Source: Deltaproteobacteria bacterium (GTDB lineage: Bacteria; Myxococcota; Kuafuiibacteriia; Kuafuiibacteriales; Kuafuiibacteriaceae). From it: DNA of 64,000 nt. Positions 29,772-39,526 of the stretch are shown here, in pieces. Location: NCBI GenBank assembly GCA_040218735.1, contig JAVJQW010000048.1:99441-163440 (forward strand), read 5' to 3'. The translations under genes were made by a program, and so were the position numbers. The notes beneath the pieces are model-generated. The model ran no database searches. It was not told the origin of the DNA and saw nothing but the letters and a program-made list of their open reading frames with translations. The stretch's first letter is position 1; every line of letters begins with the position of its first letter.

Positions 29772-30802
29772 TCGTTCGAGAAGACGCGCCCGATCACCTG
29801 CTCGGCCGGCTTGTTGAGCGGGTTGAATCCGTGCGCCGGCTCGGACGCCGGGTCATCGGGATCGGTCGGCACCACCCACACGAGCAGGCCGCGGACGCCC
29901 TCGGCGTGGAGCCAGTGCGTGAGGACCGCCGCCCACGCGCGCGCTTGCGAGGGGTGGTCGACGAGCGGCTCGACCTCGTCCGGCCACGCCCACGGCTTCA
30001 CATGCGAGAGTGGGCTGGAGCGATAACCGACCTCCAGCACCACGACCGGCCGCTCCGCGATGCGCGACAGCGTGGTGAGCCGGCGCGCGTTGATCTCCGC
30101 GCCGCGGATCGGGTCGGGGAGCAGCGGGTAGTAGCCATTGACTCCGGCGAAGTCGACCGCCTCCCAGAACGCCACCGACTCCGCCTCGTCCCAGTTCGCG
30201 TGGTAGGTGAGCGCGCCCGCGTAGTCGCGGCGCACGTTGGCGGCGAGGCGTCGCATCCGACGGTTCGTATCGGGCTGCGCGGAGAGCGCGCGCAGCTCCA
30301 CGCCGATCGAGAGCATCGACGTCCCCGTCGCCGCCGCGACCCCGGCGGCCTGCCCGATGAACGTCTCGTACGAGGCCCACCAGTCTTCGCGCAGCTCGTC
30401 GTCGCCGAGCTCGATACGCCCGCGCCACGTGCCGTCGGCGATGTAGATGTGCGGGACGAGCACCGTCGCGAAGCCCATCTCGTTGGCGTCGAGGAGGGCC
30501 TGGTGGACGGCGTCGATCTCATCGCGGTCGGGCGTCTGGATGCGGGGATCGTCGACCGCCCGCATCCGCCCCTCCATGAGCACGGAGATCGTGTTCACGC
30601 CCAGCTTGCGGAGGCGCTGCATGGTCAGGCGCGCCGTCTTGGTGCCGTAGCCCCGGCGCTCGTCTTCGACGGGTCGAAGGTTCGCCCCCTGGATGACGAC
30701 GGGCAGCGCGACGGCGGCGGGCGGAGGCGCCCCCGGCTTCTGCGACGGCGTACAGGCCGCCACGAGCAGGACGAGCGGCAGCGTTCGGCGGATCCGGCGC
30801 AC
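29768..30802 (-). CDS. GH113-like TIM-barrel glycoside hydrolase lipoprotein
   Basis: Lipobox LVAAC, VLVPHI...WRGRI, SIGVEL (acid/base Glu), YHANWD, GVNGYYPL, VLEVGYRS (nucleophile Glu). Confidence 0.8.
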   Translation of the reverse strand: MRRIRRTLPLVLLVAACTPSQKPGAPPPAAVALPVVIQGANLRPVEDERRGYGTKTARLTMQRLRKLGVNTISVLMEGRMRAVDDPRIQTPDRDEIDAVHQALLDANEMGFATVLVPHIYIADGTWRGRIELGDDELREDWWASYETFIGQAAGVAAATGTSMLSIGVELRALSAQPDTNRRMRRLAANVRRDYAGALTYHANWDEAESVAFWEAVDFAGVNGYYPLLPDPIRGAEINARRLTTLSRIAERPVVVLEVGYRSSPLSHVKPWAWPDEVEPLVDHPSQARAWAAVLTHWLHAEGVRGLLVWVVPTDPDDPASEPAHGFNPLNKPAEQVIGRVFSNE

Positions 30803-30914
30803 CCGAGGGCCAGGCTAGCCCGCGGAGCGCACCGCGTCACGTTCGGATCGAAGCGTGCGTGAATTGGCCTGATCTCGGGGGCGAGCCTGCGGCGGGGAGG
30901 GTATGCTGAGGCCG

Positions 30915-33434
30915 ATGCGCGCATCCTACCTCTGGCTCGTGGCCCTCGCCGCCTGTTCGCGTCCCGTCGCCATCCCCGCCACCGGAGACACCTTCATCAC
31001 CAACGCTTCGGCCGAGCCGTTCTACGTGAAGGACAACGTCCCGTTCGAGATCGTCTACACGCAGATCGGCGCGGAGCCCGCCTCCGTCACCTACGAGATC
31101 GGCGGACGCGAGTTCGACTGCACGCCCGAGGACCGCGGCGGTGGCCGACGGGCCTGCGTCCACGACGGCGTCACGCGCGACGCCGTACAGCAGGGGCAGA
31201 GCATCATCGCCCTGCGCGCGACGGACGACGACGGCAAGTCCTCGATCGCCACCACCGAGGTCGTCTTCGACTTCGATTGCCCGCGGTTCCTCTCGCTCAC
31301 GATCGACCGCACGATCGCGTCACCCGGTGACGTCGTCGCGTTGACGATGGAGACGAGCGAGCCGCTCGGGGGCACGCCGATCGTCACGCGGCTCGGGCGC
31401 GACTGGAGCCCGGTGATGGGCGAGGGCACGTCCTACTCGGTGCTCCACGACGTGACGGGCCAGGACCCCTCCGAGCTGTCGATGGTGCTCGTCCGCATCC
31501 GCGACCGCGCGGGCAACACCAGCGCCGACTGCGGCATCGACGGCGAGGTCCCGTTCGCCGTCGACCACATGCCGCCGACCGCCGACGCGCGCGGCGTCGT
31601 GCTCGTTCGCGACGCGCCGGGCGCCGCGGCGCGCATCTCGGCGCTCCCGGGCACGTTCGGCGACGACGTCGGCATCGACCACATCCGCGTGCTGGACGAG
31701 ACCGGCGAGGTGTTGATCGCGCAGGTCAGCGCAGCCGAGGACGGCTCGCTGCGCGACACGAACATCGGCACCACGACGGGTTCGCGCGTGCAGCTCGAGG
31801 TCGAGGATCGCTTCGGGCGCACGAGCCCGCGCATCACGATTCGCGAACGCTGGCGGGTGTCCGTCGGGCAGGGCGCGACGCCCGGCGCTTCGATCCGCAC
31901 GGCCGTGCGTTTCACGCCGGCGCCGCCGGTGACGACTTCGATGCGCAACCGAACCTTCGAGTTCGCGCCGGACGTCGCGGCGGCCGACACCCGCACCGCG
32001 ATCGTGCGCGCGTCGGTCGGGTTCGAGAAGGTCGGTGACCTGCCGTCGCGCTACGAGGACACGAACCTCATGATGAGCGCCTACGACAACGTCGGGAAGA
32101 CGATCGTGGCGGTCGGCGGCTACGACGGCGACCAGTACGTGTTCTTCGACGAGGTTGTCGACGAGACGCTGCTGCTGGCCTGGGACGAGCGCGAGGGGCG
32201 CTACCTCACCGAGCAGGGCCCGCCGCTCTCCTACGAGGATCCGAACCTCCCCTTCCCGCGCTACGGCCCGCCGATGGCGTTCGACGGCAACGGCTGCGGC
32301 GTGATCGTCGGCGGCGACGCGCGGACCGAGGAGTTTCGGTTCGTCGTCGTCGGTGACGTCTGGCAGATCTGCCACGGCCCGGGCGGCTACACCTGGGAGC
32401 GCATCAACATCGCGCCGCCCGTCGCCGACTTCCGCAAGTACACGCCGATCACCTGGGACCCGATCAACGAGCGCTACGTGATGATCAGCGGCTCCGAGCT
32501 CAGCGAGACGCGCGTGCTCTTCCTCGAACCCGGCACCGACGCCAACTCCTGGCGCTGGGTCGTGTTGAACCCGCTGCCCTCCAACTTCAACGGCCGCTCG
32601 GACCACGTGCTCTACTTCGACCCGATCAGCGAAGCGATCGTGACGGGGCTCGGCGCGGTCTCGCCGATCGGCAACGGTGAGCAGCTCCTCTACTGGAGTT
32701 ACATCCGCGGACAGTGGACCGCGACACAGATCCCGTTGTCGCTGCAGTTCCGCTTCGACTTCGGCTCCGCGTACGACCTCGCGCGCAATCGCCTCGCGCT
32801 GTGGGGCGGCTCGTACGACACGGCGCGCGAGCCGCCGCGCGAGGAGGTCTGGTACCTCGTCGGCTCGTCCACGAGCGCGGCCGACCGCTGGCGCAGCGCG
32901 ACCGTCGATCACCCGGTGCCGCGACAGAACCCGACGATGGTCTACGACTCCGACCGCGAGGTGACGGTGATGTTCGGCGGCATCCGCTCGATCGACGACG
33001 TGCGCATCCCGCCGGAGGTGCACCAGCTGATCTCCGAGCCGAGTTATCCGTACCTGCAGGCGAACGCCGACCTCGCCGCGTCGCGTCCGAAGGGGATCGA
33101 GACGCTCCACCTCGACGTACGGGCGAGCGGCCTCGGCGACGCCGACGGCGTCGGCCCGGGGCGTGCGCGTGGGTTCGGGGTACGCGTGATGCTGTGGGAT
33201 CACGACGCACGCGCGTGGACGGAGGTCGCGGTGAGCGCTGGCGCGGCGGACGGTGGGATCGAGACGTTGTCGATCAACGTGGTCGACAACCCGAGCCGCT
33301 TCGTCTCGCCGGACGGGCGTGTGCCGATCACGATCGTACCTTCGCGACCGACGACCGAGGGGGTGAACGGGCGGCTGGAGGTCGACCAGATCGACGGCTA
33401 CCTGGACCTCCGCGCCGGCGTCACTCTCCCGTGA
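30915..33434 (+). CDS. Large lipoprotein with Ig-like and Kelch-like beta-propeller regions
   Basis: Lipobox ALAAC, VRIRDRAGN, repeated (A/V)YD...(V/L)(M/L)FGG blades; paralog of 36925-39471. Confidence 0.8.
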   Translation: MRASYLWLVALAACSRPVAIPATGDTFITNASAEPFYVKDNVPFEIVYTQIGAEPASVTYEIGGREFDCTPEDRGGGRRACVHDGVTRDAVQQGQSIIALRATDDDGKSSIATTEVVFDFDCPRFLSLTIDRTIASPGDVVALTMETSEPLGGTPIVTRLGRDWSPVMGEGTSYSVLHDVTGQDPSELSMVLVRIRDRAGNTSADCGIDGEVPFAVDHMPPTADARGVVLVRDAPGAAARISALPGTFGDDVGIDHIRVLDETGEVLIAQVSAAEDGSLRDTNIGTTTGSRVQLEVEDRFGRTSPRITIRERWRVSVGQGATPGASIRTAVRFTPAPPVTTSMRNRTFEFAPDVAAADTRTAIVRASVGFEKVGDLPSRYEDTNLMMSAYDNVGKTIVAVGGYDGDQYVFFDEVVDETLLLAWDEREGRYLTEQGPPLSYEDPNLPFPRYGPPMAFDGNGCGVIVGGDARTEEFRFVVVGDVWQICHGPGGYTWERINIAPPVADFRKYTPITWDPINERYVMISGSELSETRVLFLEPGTDANSWRWVVLNPLPSNFNGRSDHVLYFDPISEAIVTGLGAVSPIGNGEQLLYWSYIRGQWTATQIPLSLQFRFDFGSAYDLARNRLALWGGSYDTAREPPREEVWYLVGSSTSAADRWRSATVDHPVPRQNPTMVYDSDREVTVMFGGIRSIDDVRIPPEVHQLISEPSYPYLQANADLAASRPKGIETLHLDVRASGLGDADGVGPGRARGFGVRVMLWDHDARAWTEVAVSAGAADGGIETLSINVVDNPSRFVSPDGRVPITIVPSRPTTEGVNGRLEVDQIDGYLDLRAGVTLP

Positions 33435-34486
33435 AAGTGCTCCCAGCTCTGCTCCTCGTCACCGCCACCTCGTGTGCGCACGGGGGGGAGGTGACGCGGG
33501 TGGCGTTCGGGTCGTGCGCGCACCAGGACCGGCCGCAGCCGATCTGGGATGCGATCGGGGCCACGGCGCCGGAGCGGTTCTTGTTCATCGGCGACAACGT
33601 CTACGCGGATACCACCGACCCCGCCGTGATGAAGGCCGCGTACGCGAAGCTCGCCGCGGAGCCGCACTACCGTCGCTTCGCGGCGGCGGTGCCGGTGCTG
33701 CCGGTGTGGGACGACCACGACTACGGCGCGAACGACGCGGGCGCGGACTTCGCGATGCGGGCCGAGTCGGAGCGGATCTTCCTCGACTTCTACGGGGTGG
33801 CCGCCGACGACCCGCGTCGGCAGCGCGAGGGGGTCTATCACGCCGAGGTGTTCGGGCCGCCGGGGCGGCGCGTGCAAGTCATCTTGCTCGACGTTCGCTA
33901 CTTCAAGAGCCCGTGGTCGCCGCGTCCGCAGGGTGAGCATCCGGTGTACGGGCGGTGGGCGCCCACCGACGACGTGTCGAAGACGATCCTCGGCGAGGCG
34001 CAGTGGGCCTGGCTGGAGCAACAGCTCCGCGAGCCGGCCGAGGTGCGGCTCATCGCGTCGGGGATCCAGGTCGTCTCGGAGGAGCACGGCTGGGAGAAGT
34101 GGGCGAACTTCCCGCACGAGCGGCAGCGTCTCTTCGATCTCATCCGCGACACGGAGGCCGCCGGCGTGGTGCTCCTCTCCGGCGATCGACACAAGGGGGA
34201 GATCTCCGAGATGGACGCAGGCGTCGGCTATCCGCTCTACGACGTGACCTCGAGCGGGCTCAATCAAGGCTTCAAGGGGTGGTTTCACTTCGAGCGGAAC
34301 CGCCACCGCGTCGCCGAGCACCGGTGGGGGAACGTCTTCGGTCTGATCGAGATCCACTGGGCGCACGACGACCCGAAGATCGATCTCGAGATTCGATTCG
34401 AGGACGGTGAGATCGCGGTGCAGCACCGCATCCGGTTGTCGACGCTCCAACCCGGCGCGCTCCCCGAGATCCCGCCCGATCACTGA
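33431..34486 (+). CDS. phoD: Alkaline phosphatase D family protein
   Basis: RVAFGSC, FIGDNVYAD, VWDDHDYG.ND, LLDVRY, ILGEAQWAWL, LLSGDRH, TSSGL; GTG overlaps the upstream stop. Confidence 0.92.
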   Translation: MKVLPALLLVTATSCAHGGEVTRVAFGSCAHQDRPQPIWDAIGATAPERFLFIGDNVYADTTDPAVMKAAYAKLAAEPHYRRFAAAVPVLPVWDDHDYGANDAGADFAMRAESERIFLDFYGVAADDPRRQREGVYHAEVFGPPGRRVQVILLDVRYFKSPWSPRPQGEHPVYGRWAPTDDVSKTILGEAQWAWLEQQLREPAEVRLIASGIQVVSEEHGWEKWANFPHERQRLFDLIRDTEAAGVVLLSGDRHKGEISEMDAGVGYPLYDVTSSGLNQGFKGWFHFERNRHRVAEHRWGNVFGLIEIHWAHDDPKIDLEIRFEDGEIAVQHRIRLSTLQPGALPEIPPDH

Positions 34487-34540
34487 ATTTGAACGTGAGG
34501 CCGATGCCTGCTACTTCGACCTTCGAAGGAGCGATTCGCG

Positions 34541-34870
34541 ATGGCAGGTAAATACGTCCTCAGCAAACAACGCGGCGGCAAGTTCCGCTTCAACCTCAAG
34601 GCGTCGAACGGCAAGGTGATCCTCAGCAGTCAGGGTTACAAGTCGAAGGACGGGGCGATGTCGGGCATCAAGTCCGTGCAGAAGAACGGCAAGTCCGACA
34701 AACGCTTCGAGCGCAAGAAGGCCAAGAACGGCGCGCCGTACTTCACACTCGTCGCCACGAACGGCGAGGTGATCGGCACGAGTGAGATGTACTCATCGAA
34801 CGCCGCCATGGAGAACGGCATCCGGTCGGTGATCAAGAACGCCGGCTCCGCCGTCCAAGACGACAGCTGA
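34541..34870 (+). CDS. yegP: YegP/DUF1508 family protein
   Basis: Two repeats, FRFNLKASNGKVILSSQGY and YFTLVATNGEVIGTSEMYSS; AAGGAG RBS; TTGAAC-N17-TACTTC upstream (34489-34517). Confidence 0.92.
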   Translation: MAGKYVLSKQRGGKFRFNLKASNGKVILSSQGYKSKDGAMSGIKSVQKNGKSDKRFERKKAKNGAPYFTLVATNGEVIGTSEMYSSNAAMENGIRSVIKNAGSAVQDDS

Positions 34871-34871
34871 T

Positions 34872-36911
34872 TCAGAGCGCGCGCACGTACGTTCGGTGCA
34901 GCGCGTCGTCGCGCGGCGCGCGCTCGAAACCCATCTTCCCGTAGAACGCCCAGTGCCGAGGGGCGTCGACCCCTTCGATGACCAGATGTTCGAACCCGCG
35001 CTCGCGGGCCGCGTTGGCGAGTGTCTGGAGCGCCTCGCCGTAGCGCCCGGTGCCGGGTTCGTTGGCGTCCACGCTCGTGAGCGTGACGGCCTTGCTGGAC
35101 GACGCCGCGATCGACATCCCTTTCCGGAACGCCATCGTGAACGGCCCGAGCTTCACCAGCGCGCGCTCCGTTTCGTGGTCGAGGAACCGGGTCAGCTCGG
35201 CGGTGTCGAGGCCGAGTGACTTCACGTACGTCGGCTCCTCCACGACGCGACCGCCCTGACCGATCGGCACCGGTCGCATCGTCGTCGAGAACGCCGGGTC
35301 TGCCTCGAACACTCGGCCCTCGTGGATGTTGGACCAGTCTGCAAGTTGGATTGCGGTGAAACCTTCGCTCCGCGCGATCCGTTCGAGGTGCGCCAGCGTC
35401 GACAGCGACGCATTGTCCGAGCTGATCTTGCTCCGCAGGTCACGGACCTCCAGCGTCTTGCCCGGAACGCCGTCGGCGGAGCTGTCCCGGACGCACAAAC
35501 GCATCTGGTAGGGGCCGAGCGTCGCGGCGGTCGGGTCGCGGTGTTTCATCGCCTCGCGGACCGACGCGTCCGAGGGCACGTCGGATCGCCGGAACGCGCG
35601 AATCCGCGCGACCACCCGTCCGGCGTCATCCGAGTCGAGCGTGCGGGCGTCCGGGAGCGAGGCGAGCGCGGCGTACGCGCCGAACACGAAGTCGAGCGCA
35701 TCGCCGTCGAATTGCGCGCGCGCGAGGACCGCGTTGTCGAGCTCGACGCGCACGTCGTGAAAGCTCCAGCCCCGCCCGATCTTGGGGGTGTTCGACAGCG
35801 TCTTCAGGCGCTCCACACCGTCGTACAGCAGATCGACGAACGCAGCGCGGTGCTCCGCGTTCCCCGCCTCGACCACCGCGGACGCCAGGCGATCCAGGAC
35901 GCCGCGGTGCTGCCAGAGGCGGTGCGCGTCGTGCCCGATCATCGCGGTGTACGCGTGGTAGACGTCGAGGCACTCCGAGAACGCGGGCGTGGTCGCGTCC
36001 ATCTTCGCGAGCGCGGTCTCCATGCGGTCGATGCTGTCGGCGGCCGGCTTGAACTGCGCGAGCACCCCTGCGGCGATCTCGCGCCTCGCCGTCGTAGCGA
36101 GCGCCGTGCCGGTGGCCATCAGCGCCGTCGAGGCCACCCGCGCCGGGAGCTGTTCGGGGCTGCGACGATCCCCCGGTGGTTGAAGGCCGATCGACACGCC
36201 GCCGTCGAGCGCGAGGAGCTGGTCGACCGCGCCGAACACGGCGAGGGCGTGGACCTCGGCGCGGTCGAGGAGGAGCTGCTCGGTCTCGACGAGCGTGGAG
36301 ATCTTGTCGTTGAGCATCCACGTGTTCGCGCGGGTCTGGATGCGCTCCGTCGCGCCCGAGAACAGCGCGAGCAGACCGCGCGCGGCGTCGTCCGGGATCG
36401 GCGTGTCGAGCTCGACGATGCGCTCGATCAGGAGGTCGACGATCGCCGCGACGCGCGTCGTCATCAGCGCCGGGTCGAGGCTCGCGCGGCGCGCCTGATC
36501 GCTGCGATCCTCCGCGGCCGGCTTCGCGTCTCGGTGCGCCACCCACTCCAGGTAGCCGGCGAACACCGCGCGGGTGTTGGACGCGGGATCTTCGAGGTCG
36601 GCGACGAGCGCCGGTGCGTCGATCTCCCCTTCGAGGCGCGAACGAATCCCCTCGAAGATACGTGCGACCTCCGGGTCCGATTCGCGTACACGACGCAGAA
36701 GATCGATGCGCTTCTCGAACGCGCGGCCGCGTACCGGCGTACCCGGGAGGAGCGACGGGAGGTTCGTCAACGCGACGGACGGCGCGCGCTCTACGCCCGG
36801 CTTCACGACCGTCGGCAGCAGCGTGTCCTGCGGAACCGCGGGCGCCTCGACCTCGGGTGCGAGGACTTCAATCGGGCGGCGCACTCGGCCGATCGGGCTC
36901 GTCGGCTTCAT
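34872..36911 (-). CDS. Hypothetical helical protein with tandem C-terminal GNAT-like domains
   Basis: Two LGP(Y/F).M...AR..GF..(I/L) repeats; the last has PGTGRYG and AFYGKMGF, resembling GNAT motifs. Confidence 0.6.
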   Translation of the reverse strand: MKPTSPIGRVRRPIEVLAPEVEAPAVPQDTLLPTVVKPGVERAPSVALTNLPSLLPGTPVRGRAFEKRIDLLRRVRESDPEVARIFEGIRSRLEGEIDAPALVADLEDPASNTRAVFAGYLEWVAHRDAKPAAEDRSDQARRASLDPALMTTRVAAIVDLLIERIVELDTPIPDDAARGLLALFSGATERIQTRANTWMLNDKISTLVETEQLLLDRAEVHALAVFGAVDQLLALDGGVSIGLQPPGDRRSPEQLPARVASTALMATGTALATTARREIAAGVLAQFKPAADSIDRMETALAKMDATTPAFSECLDVYHAYTAMIGHDAHRLWQHRGVLDRLASAVVEAGNAEHRAAFVDLLYDGVERLKTLSNTPKIGRGWSFHDVRVELDNAVLARAQFDGDALDFVFGAYAALASLPDARTLDSDDAGRVVARIRAFRRSDVPSDASVREAMKHRDPTAATLGPYQMRLCVRDSSADGVPGKTLEVRDLRSKISSDNASLSTLAHLERIARSEGFTAIQLADWSNIHEGRVFEADPAFSTTMRPVPIGQGGRVVEEPTYVKSLGLDTAELTRFLDHETERALVKLGPFTMAFRKGMSIAASSSKAVTLTSVDANEPGTGRYGEALQTLANAARERGFEHLVIEGVDAPRHWAFYGKMGFERAPRDDALHRTYVRAL

Positions 36912-36924
36912 CCAGCACGCTCCG

Positions 36925-39471
36925 TCAGCGCGGAATCGTCACCCCGGCGCGCAGCGTCATCCAGCCGTCGAGGAGATCGACGTCGAGCTGCGCGGGGACC
37001 GCCTCGGTGCCCGGCCACCGCGTCGTCACCGTGACCGGGACGACGCCGTCCGCGCTCACGAAGCGCGCCGGCTGATCCGTGATGCGCACCGTGATCGTCT
37101 CGGTGTCGCCGTCCGGGTCCGTGTCGGCGTCGGCTACGTCCACCCAGGCGCGGGCCACGTGATCCCACAGCTTCACGACGACGCCGCCGGCGATGTCGAC
37201 GTCGGGGCCGACGCCGTCTGCGTCACCCAGGCCCGCGGCGCGTACGACGAGCATCATCTCGGTGATGCCCGGCGGCTGCATCGCTCCGAGGTCCACGTCC
37301 GCCGCGAGGTGCGGGTACGAGGGCTGCGAGATGATGCTGTAGATCGTCGGCGGCACGAAGCGCTCGTCGAAGCGCAGCCCACCGAAGGCGATCGTCGCTT
37401 CGCGGTTCGGGTCGTAGACGAGGGTGGGGTGCGCGCGCGGCACCGGCGGGTCGAGGTTCGCGCTGCGCCAACCGTCCGTCGCGTTCGTCGCGGTGCCGGT
37501 CAGGTACTGCGTGTTGACGTTGGGGAACGGGAAGTCGTTGTCGCCCCAGATCACGAGCTGCCGGCGCGCGCGGTCGTACGCGTAGCCGAAGCCCTGGCGC
37601 TCGTCGAGGAAGCCCGGCACGGTGCCCGCGGCGGTCCACTGCCCGCCGAGGTACGCCCAGAACGTGTCGGACCCGCTGAAGGGCACCACGTAGCCGAGGC
37701 CGAGCGCCGCGGCGCCGAGCTCGTGGTCGTAGTAGAGCAGGTGGCTGTGGCGCTCGCCGAAGCTGGTGGGCAGCGGCGTGATGTCGTCCCAGCGCCAGTC
37801 GTTCTCGGTCGCGCCGGGCACCAGGAACATCGCGCCTTCGATCGGGAACAGGCCGCCCGCGTTGCTGTAGCCGCCCGCGATCACGTAGCGACGGAACTGC
37901 GGGTCCCAGATGATCGGCGTGCGTCGAATGAGCGGGAAGCCGTTGCCGTTCTCGTTGACGGGCGTGATCCGGCGCCAGCGGTACGCGCCGTTCTCCTGCC
38001 GGCAGATGCGCCAGACGTCGTTCAGCGCGCCGAGGCCCAGGATCTCACCGCCTCGCTCCCGGATGCCGTCGCCGCCGAACATCACCCCGCAGCCGGAGCC
38101 GTCGAACGCGATGCGGTGCGCGCCGCGCCCCGCCGGCGTGACGCCGAGCTGCGGCGGCGGGCCGTCGGTGAACTGGTATCGGCCCTGTCGGTCGTCCCAG
38201 CGGAGCACGAGCGTGCGGTCCTGGTAGTCCTCGTTCCCCTCGATGAGCTTCTGCCCGCCGAACGTGACGATCGAAGATCCGATCTCGTCGTAACCCGCCG
38301 CGATCCAAAAGACGTCCTCGTAGCTGTTCGGCAGCTGCCCCGCCTCTTCGAAACCGATCCGCGCGGTGATGCGCGCGGAGCTCGCGTCCTCGGAGAGCAG
38401 CGCGGGCGCCAGCTCGAGCGTGCGGTTGTTCAGGAACGTGCTGCGCGGGGGCGCCGCGTTCCGGCGCGCGGCGGTCTTCACCCCGGCGTTCGGCGTGGAC
38501 GCCGTGCCGAGCGACAGACGCCAGCGCTCCGGGACCGTCACCATGCCGGTGCTCTGCCCGAGCTGGTCGATCGCCTCTACGAGCACGCGGCTCGACGAGG
38601 TGCCACCGAGGCTCGTCGGCTCCAGCGAGCCGTCCTCCTCCGGCGTCACGCGCGCCAGCACGAGGCCGGAGTCCGCGGCGATGACGCGGACTTCTTCGAT
38701 CTGCACGTCGTCGGTGAACGCGCGCGGGCCGCCTTCGATGATCGTCGGCGTGCCCGGCGCGCCGCGCGTGACGAGCACCGCGCCCGGATCGATCGCGGGC
38801 GCCGCGAGGTCCACAGCGAACTCGGCGCGCCCGTCGATGCCGCACTCCTGGCTCGAGTTGCCCGCGCGGTCGACGATGCGGACGACGATGTCCTCGGCCG
38901 ACGGCGGATCACTCGCGGTGATCGGGCGGGTCACGGAGAACGAGCCCGGGCCGCGCTGCATCACCTGCTCCCAGGCGCGACCGGCGCGCGACACGGCCGG
39001 GGCGCGGAGGAGCGGCTCGTTGGTTTCGATCGCGAGCACCGCGGTGTCACCGACGGTCGCGATGCGCGGTTGGACCGAGAGCGAGAGGAACTGCGGGCAG
39101 TCGAAGTCGATGGTGATCGGGGCGGTCGTGACGCTGCGTTTGCCTTCGTCGTCGGTCGCGGCGACGAGCGCGATCGCGTTGCCCTGCGTGTAGTCACCGA
39201 TGGTCAGGCCGGGGTGTGTGCAGACGAGGCGGTCACCTTCGCGCTCCGGCTCACACTCGTTCACCACACCGTTGCCGAGCTCGAACGTCACGGTCGCGGG
39301 TTGGTCCCCGATCGCGCGGAAGCTCAGCCGAACCTCGACGTTCGCTCGAATGTATTGAGGGTCGACGATGAGGTCGGTGAGGAACGTGTCACCGACGTCG
39401 CGGCCCGCGACGGGGCGCGAGCAGGCGGCGGCGAGGAGGAGCAGGAGGGCAGGCCGGACGGATGGCGTCAC
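36925..39471 (-). CDS. Large lipoprotein with Ig-like and Kelch-like regions, paralog of 30915-33434
   Basis: Lipobox LAAAC-SRPV; shared blocks FDCPxFLSL, DRAGN...CGIDG, AFDGxGCGV, PSYP, GLGDADGVGP, LRAGVT. Confidence 0.8.
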   Translation of the reverse strand: MTPSVRPALLLLLAAACSRPVAGRDVGDTFLTDLIVDPQYIRANVEVRLSFRAIGDQPATVTFELGNGVVNECEPEREGDRLVCTHPGLTIGDYTQGNAIALVAATDDEGKRSVTTAPITIDFDCPQFLSLSVQPRIATVGDTAVLAIETNEPLLRAPAVSRAGRAWEQVMQRGPGSFSVTRPITASDPPSAEDIVVRIVDRAGNSSQECGIDGRAEFAVDLAAPAIDPGAVLVTRGAPGTPTIIEGGPRAFTDDVQIEEVRVIAADSGLVLARVTPEEDGSLEPTSLGGTSSSRVLVEAIDQLGQSTGMVTVPERWRLSLGTASTPNAGVKTAARRNAAPPRSTFLNNRTLELAPALLSEDASSARITARIGFEEAGQLPNSYEDVFWIAAGYDEIGSSIVTFGGQKLIEGNEDYQDRTLVLRWDDRQGRYQFTDGPPPQLGVTPAGRGAHRIAFDGSGCGVMFGGDGIRERGGEILGLGALNDVWRICRQENGAYRWRRITPVNENGNGFPLIRRTPIIWDPQFRRYVIAGGYSNAGGLFPIEGAMFLVPGATENDWRWDDITPLPTSFGERHSHLLYYDHELGAAALGLGYVVPFSGSDTFWAYLGGQWTAAGTVPGFLDERQGFGYAYDRARRQLVIWGDNDFPFPNVNTQYLTGTATNATDGWRSANLDPPVPRAHPTLVYDPNREATIAFGGLRFDERFVPPTIYSIISQPSYPHLAADVDLGAMQPPGITEMMLVVRAAGLGDADGVGPDVDIAGGVVVKLWDHVARAWVDVADADTDPDGDTETITVRITDQPARFVSADGVVPVTVTTRWPGTEAVPAQLDVDLLDGWMTLRAGVTIPR

Positions 39472-39526
39472 CCATTCAGGGTATCAGGCCGGCGCGGCCC
39501 TTCAAGGCGCCTCGTGCACCGGGGGG

